Positions 42,754-52,834 of a stretch of DNA of 64,000 bases are shown here, in pieces (positions within the stretch are counted from its first letter, which is position 1; each line of letters begins with the position of its first letter). The stretch is from positions 1,543 through 65,542 of the forward strand of contig JBKEAK010000208.1 in the NCBI GenBank assembly GCA_047972125.1. The letters run 5' to 3'. The notes under the pieces were generated by a model, which saw only the letters and a program-made list of their open reading frames with translations, ran no database searches and had not been told where the DNA came from. The DNA comes from Halodesulfovibrio sp. (GTDB taxonomy: Bacteria > Desulfobacterota > Desulfovibrionia > Desulfovibrionales > Desulfovibrionaceae). Position numbers and translations under genes: made by a program.

Positions 42754-43524
42754 CTATTGCGCCATTTCGCCGTTTGCCCTGCCGAGTGCAGGGTCCACGA
42801 GCATGAGCAACTCTTCGGTCCATTTGCCGGTCACAAGATTCAGATAGAGATACGGCATGTCCGGACGCGCGCCGGGCACGGAGCAATCTGCCGGGGCGTG
42901 CAGCCAGTAAACATGATACACGGCGTGTTCTGCAAAACGTTCGGTACAGAGCAGCTCATACGGGCCATACTCGGCAATGTAGTCTTCCAGAATCGGTTCC
43001 GCCGGCACTCCGGCAGCAGCATGGGCAGTGTGCCCTGTGTCATAATTGTCGTCATGCCCTACAGCAGAATTAGCCATATGATTGGCAACATGATTGGCAA
43101 CATGATTGGCAACACGCGTACGGGTATTACGTGTAACAGACCACACAACGCTCCCCAGCTCTTTGCGCGTCAGCAAGACCTGAAAGAAGCCCCCATCTGC
43201 ATACCCTTGTCTGGTCAGATACCGTTGCCCCAACAGAACGCCCTTTCCATTACGCCATTCTTCCATACTCGCCTGAGGATGCACCGCCAGCACAGTTGCT
43301 GCAGTATCCCCCAGCCGCGTGCCGAGCACGGACACACCGGCACCGGCAGTGCTCAATGCCGCAGCCAAGGGATCACTTGCAGCCACGGGCGTGTCTGTGT
43401 CGCCCCACACCGTGGCGGGGCACAATATAAGCGTTAAGACATACAGAAAATAACGAAACCGGATTGCACGCTGTTTGCAAAAAGAATATGGTGCTACCAA
43501 TACCAATAGTTTTTTGACAGCCAT
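42754..43524 (-). CDS. Hypothetical exported protein containing an in-frame (ANHV)n repeat
   Basis: Signal-peptide-like N-terminus (FRYFLYVLTLILCPATVWG). No family was recognised. Confidence 0.5.
   Translation of the reverse strand: MAVKKLLVLVAPYSFCKQRAIRFRYFLYVLTLILCPATVWGDTDTPVAASDPLAAALSTAGAGVSVLGTRLGDTAATVLAVHPQASMEEWRNGKGVLLGQRYLTRQGYADGGFFQVLLTRKELGSVVWSVTRNTRTRVANHVANHVANHMANSAVGHDDNYDTGHTAHAAAGVPAEPILEDYIAEYGPYELLCTERFAEHAVYHVYWLHAPADCSVPGARPDMPYLYLNLVTGKWTEELLMLVDPALGRANGEMAQ
43078..43113. repeat. Three perfect tandem copies of a 12-nt unit inside the CDS
   Basis: atgattggcaac x3 on the plus strand, encoding VANHVANHVANHM on the minus strand. Confidence 0.9.
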
Positions 43525-43660
43525 CAGAGTTGCTCCAATTCCGGTTCATTGTGTTGCATGAATAGCTTTTACTCTATTTTTTAATTATCTGTCACAGAAC
43601 TTTCAGCCTGATCGCAAGACGATATCGATACTACAAGTGAGGGGTTTCTTCGTGAAGAAC

Positions 43661-45454
43661 ATGAGCATTCGTTGGAAAATAATGTTGCTGGTATTGCTTG
43701 GTCCAGTGGTGATATCGCTCATCATGGCATGGCAACGGGTGGACGACATCAAAACCAACGCCATTGAGGCACAGGTAAAGAAAAGCCGCTCGCTCGTGCT
43801 TATGGCAGAAGCTGCACGGGAGGAGATGTCGAGCAAGCTGAATATGGGGGTCATTGTACCTTTTGATCAGCTGCCGCCCGACAAGATTCTTGAAGCTGTT
43901 CCCATTGTGACCGCCATGAAAACTGCAGCACTCAAAGCCAAGGAAGCAGGCTACGAACTGCGTGTTCCCAAGGTTTCTCCACGTAACCCGAAGAATACCC
44001 CCACAGCTCTTGAACTGGCCGTGCTGAAAGAACTGAAGGGACAGAACCTTTCTGAAAAGGTACTCGTGTCGGATGACGCAGTTCGTTACTTCCGCGCTGT
44101 GCGCCTTTCCAAGGAATGCCTGTATTGCCACGGCGACCCGGCGGGTGAAAAAGATGTGGTAGGCGGCGTGAAGGAAGGCTGGAGAGAAGGCGAAATTCAC
44201 GGCGCCTTTGAAATCATTACTCCCCTGAAGGAAGCCAACGATCAGATATTCAGGGCCAAAATCACCATCTCTCTGTTCACGGCTGCCATTCTTGCCATCA
44301 TCTTCGGCGTGGTCTGGCTGCTCATGAACCGGAACGTCATCAACCCCCTGCTCAGCATCCAGAACTTTGCATCTGCTGTTGCGGCCGGAAACCTCAACGC
44401 AAAGCCCGAGGGTAGATTCTCGGCAGAACTCGGCAAGGTAAAGGGTGCCATTGAAACCATGGTGGATACCCTGCGCGCCAAGATGCTGGAAGCCGAAGAA
44501 AAGAACCGTCAGGCGGCACAGGCAACCCAGCAGGCTCAGTCTGCCCTTGAGGAAGCCAACCAGCAGCAGCAGAAGGTTTCTTCACTGCTCACTACCATAA
44601 CCCACGTGGCGCAGGAAGCCAGCGAGATTGCCCAGAAGGTATCTCTGGCAACCGAGGCACTTGCCGCACAGGTGGACGATGTTTCCGACGGCATGGCGCA
44701 GCAGTCGGCCCGCACGGGCGAAACAGCCACCGCCATGGAAGAAATGAACGCCACGGTTCTGGAAGTGGCCCGCAGCTCCGGCAATTCTGCCGCAAGCGCG
44801 GAAGCCGCCAAGGAACAGGCACTTTCCGGCGCAAAAATCGTGGAAGATTCCGTTGCCGCCATCAGCAAAGTGCACCAGCAGGCCCAGAGCCTGAAGGGAG
44901 AAATGACCCAGCTTGGCAAGCAGGCGGACGACATCAGCCGCATTATGGATGTTATCAGTGACATTGCCGACCAAACCAACCTGCTGGCCCTGAACGCCGC
45001 CATTGAAGCGGCCCGCGCGGGCGAAGCAGGCAGAGGCTTTGCCGTGGTTGCCGACGCGGTGCGCAAGCTGGCCGAAAAGACCATGCAGGCCACCAAGGAA
45101 GTGGGACAGGCTATCAACGCCATTCAGCAGAGCGCCCGCAATAACATTCGCAGCATGGACGAGGCAGCTTCCAGCGTTGAGACGGCCACCTCTCTGGCGC
45201 ATGACTCCGGAAAGGCCCTGCAGAAGATCGTGACCCTTTCGGAAGAAAACTCCGATCAGGTCCGCGCCATTGCCACGGCCGCCGAGCAGCAGTCTGCCAC
45301 CAGTGAAGAGATCAACCGTGCGATTGACGACATCAGCCGCATTGCGGGAGAAACTTCCGACGGCATGCAGCAGGCTGCCGAGGCAGTGAACAGCCTTGCC
45401 GAACTGGCAAAGAATCTGGCCGTACTGATCAGCGAGATGAACAAGCAGAGCTAA
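43661..45454 (+). CDS. Methyl-accepting chemotaxis protein with a periplasmic c-type-haem-binding sensor domain
   Basis: TM1, a periplasmic domain with a single CLYCH (44117-44131), TM2, HAMP, and an MCP signalling domain ([37 protein letters not shown]). Alternative GTG starts are at 43637 and 43652. Confidence 0.9.
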   Translation: MSIRWKIMLLVLLGPVVISLIMAWQRVDDIKTNAIEAQVKKSRSLVLMAEAAREEMSSKLNMGVIVPFDQLPPDKILEAVPIVTAMKTAALKAKEAGYELRVPKVSPRNPKNTPTALELAVLKELKGQNLSEKVLVSDDAVRYFRAVRLSKECLYCHGDPAGEKDVVGGVKEGWREGEIHGAFEIITPLKEANDQIFRAKITISLFTAAILAIIFGVVWLLMNRNVINPLLSIQNFASAVAAGNLNAKPEGRFSAELGKVKGAIETMVDTLRAKMLEAEEKNRQAAQATQQAQSALEEANQQQQKVSSLLTTITHVAQEASEIAQKVSLATEALAAQVDDVSDGMAQQSARTGETATAMEEMNATVLEVARSSGNSAASAEAAKEQALSGAKIVEDSVAAISKVHQQAQSLKGEMTQLGKQADDISRIMDVISDIADQTNLLALNAAIEAARAGEAGRGFAVVADAVRKLAEKTMQATKEVGQAINAIQQSARNNIRSMDEAASSVETATSLAHDSGKALQKIVTLSEENSDQVRAIATAAEQQSATSEEINRAIDDISRIAGETSDGMQQAAEAVNSLAELAKNLAVLISEMNKQS

Positions 45455-45510
45455 TGGCACAGCTAGTGGCATAAATAACCGCCGCAAGTAGCCCCCCGAA
45501 AACAACACAA

Positions 45511-45545
45511 AAGCCCCTGCAGTATGCCTGCGGGGGCTTTTCTCT
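45511..45545 (+). terminator. Rho-independent terminator of the MCP gene
   Basis: agcccctgcag/ctgcgggggct stem (one mismatch) followed by a T-rich tail. Confidence 0.7.
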
Positions 45546-46013
45546 TGCGCCGGTACATGGAAACTACGCGACTTCACCGCACATCAGGCCAGTTACAGGC
45601 AAACGGCAGACATGCATCAGGAGGATATCAGGCGGACACCGGATGCACCCCGCCTCTTCCATCATGCCTGCCCCCGGTCACTTCGCTCGCATACGGAGCC
45701 ATTCTCACAATTTTTTATTCAGCTAGTATGCGGTCGTATCAAATCTCATTCTCTCCCATAAAAGTCAGGAATTATCGTGGGTTAATTTCCACTAAATAAT
45801 GTTTTTTTGCCCCTCATTAATGGCGTTTGAGTACTCACATAACCACTTAACCATCTGAAAACAGAGTACTCGTAGCATTTTTATGAGTGAGCACACAAAA
45901 AAGCACCCGATCTTTTCAAAATTCGCAAAATGGTCTAAAGCAATCGACGCCAACAGATATCTTTCGCATTTCGTACAGTTAGGTTTAACACCAAGTTTCG
46001 AGGAAGGTGTACC

Positions 46014-46781
46014 TTGCCAAAGAGATACTTTCCCATCGCCGTGCTGACCGGTATTCTGGCAGCCGTCGCCCTTTTCGGCTACATGACTCCGACCAAGTCG
46101 GAAACCACCCCCGTCCGCATTCTCATGGATAATGCTGGCGGCAAGGTGATTTTCAATCATGTGGCCCACACCAGGGATTACGGCGCAGCCTGTGAAACCT
46201 GTCACCATGAGACCGTAGCCGGAGACACGGAACCTCTCTCCTGCGGTCAGTGCCATGGGGCCAACGTCACCGATGCCTGGGTGAAGGAACATCAGACATC
46301 CTTTACCAAGGACCTCCAGTGCGCGACCTGCCACCATGTCGAGTTCGCCAAGGACCACGACTGGGGCCACAAAATGCATGAGGATATCGCCTCCTGCACG
46401 GATTGCCACCACGCCGACACGAACATCGAGCCGGAACCCACCAACTGCGCAGACTGCCATCAGGCCGAAGCAGATGGAAAGATGCCCGCCCTGCGTGATG
46501 CCGTGCACGTGAAGTGTCAGTCCTGCCACGCGGAAATGTTCGAGGCGCAACTCAAGGGTTGCAGCAACTGCCACGGCGAAGTGAACCAGAAGGAAGCACT
46601 CAAGGCCGGCCAGATGGACAAGAAGTTCACCAAGTGTACTTCCTGTCATACCGACAAGGCCGTGACCGAAGTCATCCCCAGCCGGATGACCGCCCTTCAC
46701 GCCAGCTGCATGGGTTGCCACGAAAAGCAGGATGCCGGCCCTTACAAGAAGGGCGAGTGTAACCAGTGTCATTTCCGTTAG
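46014..46781 (+). CDS. dhcA: Membrane-anchored decahaem cytochrome c associated with the Rnf operon
   Basis: TTG start preceded by AGGAAGG, an N-terminal anchor helix, and ten CXXCH motifs (CETCH, CGQCH, CATCH, CTDCH, CADCH, CQSCH, CSNCH, CTSCH, CMGCH, CNQCH). It sits directly upstream of rnfC, as in Desulfovibrio vulgaris. Confidence 0.85.
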   Translation: MPKRYFPIAVLTGILAAVALFGYMTPTKSETTPVRILMDNAGGKVIFNHVAHTRDYGAACETCHHETVAGDTEPLSCGQCHGANVTDAWVKEHQTSFTKDLQCATCHHVEFAKDHDWGHKMHEDIASCTDCHHADTNIEPEPTNCADCHQAEADGKMPALRDAVHVKCQSCHAEMFEAQLKGCSNCHGEVNQKEALKAGQMDKKFTKCTSCHTDKAVTEVIPSRMTALHASCMGCHEKQDAGPYKKGECNQCHFR

Positions 46782-46790
46782 GAGAGCAAT

Positions 46791-47972
46791 ATGAGTAACG
46801 CTGTTTTCTCTCTGACCTACGGAGACATGGGTAGCTTTCAGGAAGGTCCTGTTCCCGCTGAACTGCGCATTCCTCTTGCCGGTCATGAACTCAAGACCGT
46901 GAAGAAGAAGGCAGAAGTGGTTCCGGGTACGCTCGTGGCCGACCACAAGAACGCCAAGACAGGTAACATGCACGCCGGCATCGCCGGGGTGGTGACCGAC
47001 ATCACCGCAGACAGCATAGTCATTGCCGCGCAGGAACCCGCCGAACCCGCATCCGTAGCAGCCGTAGACGTATCCGCCCTTACCGGCGATGCGCTTGCCA
47101 CCGCACTGAAGGAACTGGGCGTGGATGTACGCCCTCTGGTCAAGAAGTGCGACACCCTGATCATCAACGGCCTGAACCCCGAGCCCGGCATAACCTTTGC
47201 CGAAACCTTGCTGGGGCAGCACAAGGGAACCATCGAAGCCGGTCTTGCCGTGCTGAGAAAGCTCTCTCCCGCCAGCAGAATGATGCTGGCCTGTGCAGAC
47301 GGTTCAGCAGCCAACCTTTCGGGCCTCACAAATGTTGCCGTGAAGCCCGTATATCCCAACAGCCTCGATGAGCTGCTCATCGCCAAGGCCACCGGCAGCG
47401 AAAAGAGCACCGGTGTGCGGGTGTTGCCCCTGCATACCCTGTTCAACCTCGGACAGGTTGCCCAGACCGGCATGCCCCTCACCAAAACCGTGGTGAGCGT
47501 ACAGGGTGTGAACTACATGGTCACCATCGGCACCCCCGTAAGCGAGCTGCTGCAGCACGCCGGCCACACCATAGCCGACGGCGACATGATCATCGTCGGC
47601 GGCCCCATGCGCGGCATAGCCGTAGCCGACCTCATGCGCGGCGTGGGCAAGGATACGCAGGGTCTCTTCCTCATCAAGAAGGGCTCCTTCGCTCCCGTAA
47701 CCAACAAGCAGTGCATAAGCTGCGGCGAATGCGTGCTGCACTGTCCCTCGCGGATAATGCCCAACCTCATTACCCGCTATGTGGAATTCCGTCAGTTCGA
47801 ACAGTGCACCGATCAGGGCATTGACGTCTGCATGGAATGCGGTCTGTGCGCATACTACTGCCCGGCCCGCCGTCCCATGCTGCAGCTGATCAGGCTCGGC
47901 AAACATCAGATAGCCCTCAAGGAAGCTCAGGTCAGCGCCTGCTCCCTGCAGGGCCCAGAGGGGGCTGCATAA
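46791..47972 (+). CDS. rnfC: Rnf complex subunit C, short/divergent form
   Basis: N-terminal barrel domain, an SLBB-like segment (IIVGGPMRG) and two C-terminal 4Fe-4S motifs (CISCGECVLHCP, CMECGLCAYYCP). The GGAGFP and ECEPY motifs are absent. Confidence 0.85.
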   Translation: MSNAVFSLTYGDMGSFQEGPVPAELRIPLAGHELKTVKKKAEVVPGTLVADHKNAKTGNMHAGIAGVVTDITADSIVIAAQEPAEPASVAAVDVSALTGDALATALKELGVDVRPLVKKCDTLIINGLNPEPGITFAETLLGQHKGTIEAGLAVLRKLSPASRMMLACADGSAANLSGLTNVAVKPVYPNSLDELLIAKATGSEKSTGVRVLPLHTLFNLGQVAQTGMPLTKTVVSVQGVNYMVTIGTPVSELLQHAGHTIADGDMIIVGGPMRGIAVADLMRGVGKDTQGLFLIKKGSFAPVTNKQCISCGECVLHCPSRIMPNLITRYVEFRQFEQCTDQGIDVCMECGLCAYYCPARRPMLQLIRLGKHQIALKEAQVSACSLQGPEGAA

Positions 47973-48931
47973 TGTCCAACGAAGCATTGCCAACCGCGCC
48001 CATTCTGGCTGTCGGTGCCGCTCCCCATTTCCATTGCGGCACGAGCATTCAGGGCATGATGCGCAATATCCTCATCGCCCTTGCTCCCGCCATTGTCGGT
48101 GCCCTGTACTGGTATGGCATGGAAGCAGCCCGCGTAATGGCGCTTGCCGTTTCCACGGCAGTTGTAGTTGAAGTTCTCGCAACCAAGGCCATGCACCGCG
48201 AAGTGATGGTAGACGACCTGCACGCCGTTGTAACCGGCCTGCTTTTCGCCTTCACGCTGCCCGCCGGTGCACCCTGGTGGCTGGTTATTACCGGCACCGC
48301 CGTTACCATGCTGATGGGCAAGATGCTCTTCGGCGAACTGGGCGGTTCTCCGGTTGTCGGTCCCGCAGTGGGCTGGGCCTTCTGCCGCGTTTCCTGGCCG
48401 CTGTTCGTTGACCCGAACGCGACCATGCTGAACACCGAAATGGTGAACCCGCTCACCCAGCTGAAGTACTTCGGTGCTGCACAGGTGAGCAACTTCAGCA
48501 TTCCCGCCCTGCTCTCCGGCGATCAGCTCGGCGCGCTGGGTGCAATGCAGGTGGGTGCCCTGATCCTCGGCGGCATCTATCTCATCATCCGCGGCACCAT
48601 CCGCTGGCAGATTCCTGCGGGCTTCATCATCGGTGTGCTGGGTCTGGGCGGCCTTTACTACGCCATGGACCCCACCCTGTATGCGAACCCCGTGTTCCAC
48701 CTGCTGACCGGCTCCACCATGCTGGCAGCCTTCTTCCTGATGACGGATTCCTCCTCCTCGCCCAACGGCAACGTATCCCGTCTGGTATACGGCATTGTCG
48801 GCGGCGTGCTGGTGGTTCTCATCCGGACCTACGGCAAGTATCCCGACGGTGTCATGTTTGCGGTTCTTCTCGCCAACATGGTCAGCCCGCTGGTGGACCT
48901 CATCAAGCCCAAACCGTTCGGAGCGAGGTAA
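47972..48931 (+). CDS. rnfD: Rnf complex subunit D
   Basis: TAATG overlap with rnfC. It is a polytopic NqrB/RnfD-type protein, with the FMN-attachment region near MTDSSSSP. Confidence 0.9.
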   Translation: MSNEALPTAPILAVGAAPHFHCGTSIQGMMRNILIALAPAIVGALYWYGMEAARVMALAVSTAVVVEVLATKAMHREVMVDDLHAVVTGLLFAFTLPAGAPWWLVITGTAVTMLMGKMLFGELGGSPVVGPAVGWAFCRVSWPLFVDPNATMLNTEMVNPLTQLKYFGAAQVSNFSIPALLSGDQLGALGAMQVGALILGGIYLIIRGTIRWQIPAGFIIGVLGLGGLYYAMDPTLYANPVFHLLTGSTMLAAFFLMTDSSSSPNGNVSRLVYGIVGGVLVVLIRTYGKYPDGVMFAVLLANMVSPLVDLIKPKPFGAR

Positions 48932-48934
48932 GCC

Positions 48935-49513
48935 ATGCGTGAAATAATCAAGATGATCGTTGTGCTTTCCGCAATCTGCGGTCTCTCCGGCTTCTGTCTG
49001 TCCTACCTCAAGCAGCTGACCGCCCCCGCCATTGAGAACCAGGTTCTCACCTTTGTGCAGGGTCCGGCCATCAAGCAGGTTCTGACCGACACCGACAACG
49101 ACCCCATTGCGGACCGCAAGAAGTTCACGAACCCCGCCACCGGCAAGGAAATCAACGTATTTCCCGCCATCAAGGGCGGCAAGCTCGTTGCCATCGCCCT
49201 TGAAGAATTCGGCGCAGGCTTCGGCGGTGACATTGGCGTTATCGTTGGTTTTAACGTGGAGAACGACACCCTTGCCGGTATCGGCGTTACGACCATGAAG
49301 GAAACTCCCGGCCTTGGCACCGCAGTAGCGGAGACCCGATTCACCAAGCAATTCAAGAAGCTGCCCATGAACGTGGACCTCAAGTCCAAGGGTGGACAGA
49401 TTGACGCACTTTCCGGTGCGACCATTTCTTCCACCGGCGTTGTGACTGCAGTTCAGAACGCTGCAAAGGTGTATCAGGCCATCAAGTCCGAAGCCACGGG
49501 CACCTGGAAATAG
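48935..49513 (+). CDS. rnfG: Rnf complex subunit G (FMN-binding)
   Basis: N-terminal anchor and the FMN-binding motif DALSGATISS. Confidence 0.9.
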   Translation: MREIIKMIVVLSAICGLSGFCLSYLKQLTAPAIENQVLTFVQGPAIKQVLTDTDNDPIADRKKFTNPATGKEINVFPAIKGGKLVAIALEEFGAGFGGDIGVIVGFNVENDTLAGIGVTTMKETPGLGTAVAETRFTKQFKKLPMNVDLKSKGGQIDALSGATISSTGVVTAVQNAAKVYQAIKSEATGTWK

Positions 49514-49542
49514 CCGGTCGTGAACCGATAAAGGAGAATACA

Positions 49543-50217
49543 ATGGCCAGCATGTGGAAAGAGTTTTCCAAGGGCCTGTGGGCGGAAATTCCGCCGTTCC
49601 GGCTTATGCTCGGACTGTGCCCCACGCTCGCCGTTACGAAATCCGCCAACAACGGCCTCGGGATGGGTCTTGCCGTTATCTTCGTTCTTGCCCTGTCCAA
49701 CGGCGTTATCTCGCTGATTCGTAACATTATCCCCAAAAAGGTGCGTATCGCCTGTTACATTGCCATCGCAGCTTCGCTCGTTGTTGCGGTGGAACTGCTC
49801 ATGCAGGCGTACACCTACCCCCTTTACCAGCAATTGGGCATCTTCGTGCCCCTTATCGTTGTTAACTGCATCATCCTTGGCCGCGCGGAAGCCTTTGCAG
49901 GCAAAAACCCCGTGCACCTGTCCGTTGCGGACGGCCTTGGCATGGGCATTGGCTTCACCATGTCGCTGACCTTCCTCGGCGCTCTCCGCGAAATACTCGG
50001 ATACGGCACCCTGTTCGGTCATCACCTGTTCGGCCCCGGCTTCCATCCTGTTCACTTCATGGTAGAAGCCCCCGGCGCGTTCGTATCGCTCGGTCTTATC
50101 CTCGGCGGCATGAACCTCATGAGCATCCGCAAAGCCATGCGCCGCGGTGAAAAGCCCGCTGAAAACCCCATGCCCGGCTGCGAATCCTGTCGCGGTTGTG
50201 CAATGGGCAGGGATTAG
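49543..50217 (+). CDS. rnfE: Rnf complex subunit E
   Basis: NqrD/RnfE-type polytopic protein (LGLCPTLAVT, LIVVNCIILGRAEAF). Confidence 0.9.
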   Translation: MASMWKEFSKGLWAEIPPFRLMLGLCPTLAVTKSANNGLGMGLAVIFVLALSNGVISLIRNIIPKKVRIACYIAIAASLVVAVELLMQAYTYPLYQQLGIFVPLIVVNCIILGRAEAFAGKNPVHLSVADGLGMGIGFTMSLTFLGALREILGYGTLFGHHLFGPGFHPVHFMVEAPGAFVSLGLILGGMNLMSIRKAMRRGEKPAENPMPGCESCRGCAMGRD

Positions 50218-50230
50218 GAGGTACTAAGCT

Positions 50231-50806
50231 ATGATGGAATACTTCCTGCTCCTCATTTCTGCGGTCTTCGTTAACAACGTTGTTCTTGCCCAGTATCTTG
50301 GTCAGTGCCCCTACCTTGGTTGTTCCAAGGAAAAGGGCGTGTCCATCGGCATGGGCGCGGCGGTTATCTTCGTAATGATCATCGCCACCCCCATTACCTG
50401 GCTCATTCAGTTCAACGTGCTTGTACCCCTGGGTCTGGACTACCTGCAGACGATCATGTTCATTCTGGTCATCGCAGCACTGGTTCAGCTGGTGGAAATG
50501 TTCCTGAAGAAGGCTGTGCCCCCGCTGTACAGCTCGCTCGGCATCTTCCTGCCGCTCATCACGACCAACTGCGCCGTGCTCGGCGTGGCCATCGTGGTAC
50601 AGCGTGAAGGTTTCGACCTTGGCACGTCCACCTACTATGCGTTTGCCACCGGCCTCGGCTTCATGCTGGCGCTGATTCTGCTCGCAGCCATCCGTGAACG
50701 ACTGGAGATCTCCCGTCTGCCCCTCGCCATGCGCGGCGTTCCTGCCGCACTGGTACTGGCAGGCATCATGTCCATGTCGTTCATGGCGTTCTCGGGCATG
50801 ATCTAG
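50231..50806 (+). CDS. rnfA: Rnf complex subunit A
   Basis: NqrE/RnfA-type protein (FVNNVVLAQYLGQCP, LITTNCAVLGVA). Confidence 0.9.
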   Translation: MMEYFLLLISAVFVNNVVLAQYLGQCPYLGCSKEKGVSIGMGAAVIFVMIIATPITWLIQFNVLVPLGLDYLQTIMFILVIAALVQLVEMFLKKAVPPLYSSLGIFLPLITTNCAVLGVAIVVQREGFDLGTSTYYAFATGLGFMLALILLAAIRERLEISRLPLAMRGVPAALVLAGIMSMSFMAFSGMI

Positions 50807-50875
50807 GCATACGACGTCTAGGGCAAAGAGGTAATTGACCCCCTGCACGGGGGCATAACCACAAGGATAAGCATT

Positions 50876-51757
50876 ATGCTGACATCTGTACTTTCTCTGC
50901 TCGCACTGGGCTTCATCGCCTCGGTCGTGCTTTCCGTGGCTTCCCGCGTGTTCTACGTGGAAGAAGACCCCAGAGTGGAAGCCGTGTCCGAAGTGCTGCC
51001 GGGCGCCAACTGCGGCGGTTGCGGTTTTGCAGGATGTGACGCCTATGCCGCTGCCGTTATTCAGGACCCCTCGGTTTCTGCAGGCCTGTGCTGCGCCGGT
51101 GGTCCGGAGGTTGCTGCCAAGGTTGCCGAGCTTGCCGGAAAGGCTGCCGGTAGTGCCGAACCCCAGATATCCTTCCGCCGTTGCGTGAAGGACGAGGGCA
51201 AGGTTAAGAAAAAATACGAGTATCAGGGTCTTGATTCCTGTGCGGCTTCCGCACAGCTGCAGGACGGCCCCGATGCATGCAAGTACTCCTGCCTCGGCTT
51301 CGGGGACTGCGTTAAGGTTTGCAGCTTTAACGCCATGTACCTTGAAGGCGGCCTGGTGCGCATTGATCCCGAAAAGTGCGTCGCATGCGGCGCCTGTGTA
51401 GGCGTGTGCCCCAACAAGATTCTGGAAATGATTCCCCGTCGCGCCCGCGTTCAGGTCTTCTGTTCCACCATGGACAAGATGAAGGACGTCATGAACGTGT
51501 GCGAAGCCGGCTGCATCAACTGCGGCAAGTGCGTGAAGAAGTGTCCTGCCAACGCCATTTCCAATGCGGAAGGCAACATCAGGATCGATCACGCTGCCTG
51601 TCTCGCTTACGGCCCCGAGTGCGAAGAAGCCTGCGTGGAAGCATGTCCCCGCAGCATTCTGCGTCTCATGTGCCACAAGAGCGTGGCGCACAAGGCTGAT
51701 GCAGCAGCAGCGGCCGCTGCTGCTGCGCCTGAACAGCAACCCCAAGCCACCGCCTAA
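50876..51757 (+). CDS. rnfB: Rnf complex subunit B (polyferredoxin)
   Basis: N-terminal anchor, the CGGCGFAGC motif and several CxxCxxCxxxCP ferredoxin motifs. Confidence 0.9.
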   Translation: MLTSVLSLLALGFIASVVLSVASRVFYVEEDPRVEAVSEVLPGANCGGCGFAGCDAYAAAVIQDPSVSAGLCCAGGPEVAAKVAELAGKAAGSAEPQISFRRCVKDEGKVKKKYEYQGLDSCAASAQLQDGPDACKYSCLGFGDCVKVCSFNAMYLEGGLVRIDPEKCVACGACVGVCPNKILEMIPRRARVQVFCSTMDKMKDVMNVCEAGCINCGKCVKKCPANAISNAEGNIRIDHAACLAYGPECEEACVEACPRSILRLMCHKSVAHKADAAAAAAAAAPEQQPQATA

Positions 51758-51770
51758 AGGAGCGAAGAGC

Positions 51771-52784
51771 ATGAATACCAATCGTCGCCAGTTCCTCAAG
51801 GCATGCGGCCTGCTCGGCCTCGGCGCCGCCGTTAACGGTGTGCTCCCCGTGGTTTCCGAAGCTGCCCGCATCGGCAAGGAATACTCGGTGCACCAGACCC
51901 GTCTGATGATGGGTACCATTGTCACCATCACCGCACTGCATCCTTCCAAGCAGCTGGGTGAGGAAGCCGTGGGCCGTGCCTTTGAGGAAATCAAACGCCT
52001 TGAAGCCGTGTTCTCCCGCTTTGACGCTTCCACCCCCGTGTCCGTGCTGAACAAGGACGGCAAGGTTTCCGGCATTCCCGCCGAACTTGCCGAAGTGATG
52101 GACCGTTCCAAGCGTTTCGGCAGCCTTACGGACAACACCTTCGACGTAACCGTGCAGCCTGTTGTGGACCTGTTCCGCGCCAAGCAGAACCTGAACGGTG
52201 CGCTCGACCTGTCCAAGGAAGAGTTCGAACACGCTCTGTCTCTGGTCGGCCAGCAGAACCTCAAGCTTTCCGGCCGCAGCATCCGTCTGGACCGCGAAGG
52301 CATGGGCATCACGCTGGATGGCATCGCCAAGGGCTACATCGTGGACAAGGCATCCGCCGTTCTCGCGGCACACGGTGCCGTGAACCACATGATCAATGCC
52401 GGTGGCGATATCCGCACCATGGGCGAGAAGGACAAGGCAACCCCTTGGACCATCGCCATTGAAGACCCCGCCAAGAACGGCAACTACCCCACCGTGATCT
52501 CCATGAACACCGGTGCCATTGCCACCTCCGGCGGATACGAAGTCTTCTACGACAAGAAGCACATGTACTCCCACCTCGTCAGCCCCGTGTCCGGCAAGAG
52601 CCCCAATAACGTGGCATCCGTGTCCGTTACCGCTCCCACCGTCATGGAAGCCGACGCGCTGGCGACTGCAGTGAGCATCATGCAGACCCGCAAGGGCCTG
52701 CAGTTCATCAACAGCCTGCCCGGACGCGAAGCCCTCATCATCGCCAGAACTGGCGAGCAGTTCGCTACCCCCCGCTGGGCCTAG
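51771..52784 (+). CDS. apbE: FAD:protein FMN transferase ApbE (Tat-exported)
   Basis: ATG 51771 is preceded by AAAGGAG. It has a twin-arginine signal (NRRQFLKACGLLGLGAA) and ApbE motifs (GIAKGY, INAGGD, ATSG). The position after rnfB is the expected one. Confidence 0.9.
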   Translation: MNTNRRQFLKACGLLGLGAAVNGVLPVVSEAARIGKEYSVHQTRLMMGTIVTITALHPSKQLGEEAVGRAFEEIKRLEAVFSRFDASTPVSVLNKDGKVSGIPAELAEVMDRSKRFGSLTDNTFDVTVQPVVDLFRAKQNLNGALDLSKEEFEHALSLVGQQNLKLSGRSIRLDREGMGITLDGIAKGYIVDKASAVLAAHGAVNHMINAGGDIRTMGEKDKATPWTIAIEDPAKNGNYPTVISMNTGAIATSGGYEVFYDKKHMYSHLVSPVSGKSPNNVASVSVTAPTVMEADALATAVSIMQTRKGLQFINSLPGREALIIARTGEQFATPRWA

Positions 52785-52805
52785 ACTGAACAGCACAGCA
52801 ATATG

Positions 52806-52834
52806 AAAGGCCGCCCCTTGGGGCGGCCTTTTTT
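52806..52834 (+). terminator. Rho-independent terminator of the rnf-apbE operon
   Basis: ggccgcccc (52809-52817) pairs with gggcggcc (52821-52828), followed by TTTTTT. Confidence 0.85.

Noticed and set aside
43525-43660. A sigma-28 (FliA) promoter upstream of the MCP gene, and sigma-54-like GG/GC elements in this gap (cggttcattgtgttgca) and near 61944 (tggcaaccgggacagca).
   Set aside because: No TAAA-N15-GCCGATAA-like match could be aligned convincingly. The GG...GC candidates have an 11-nt rather than 10-nt spacer.
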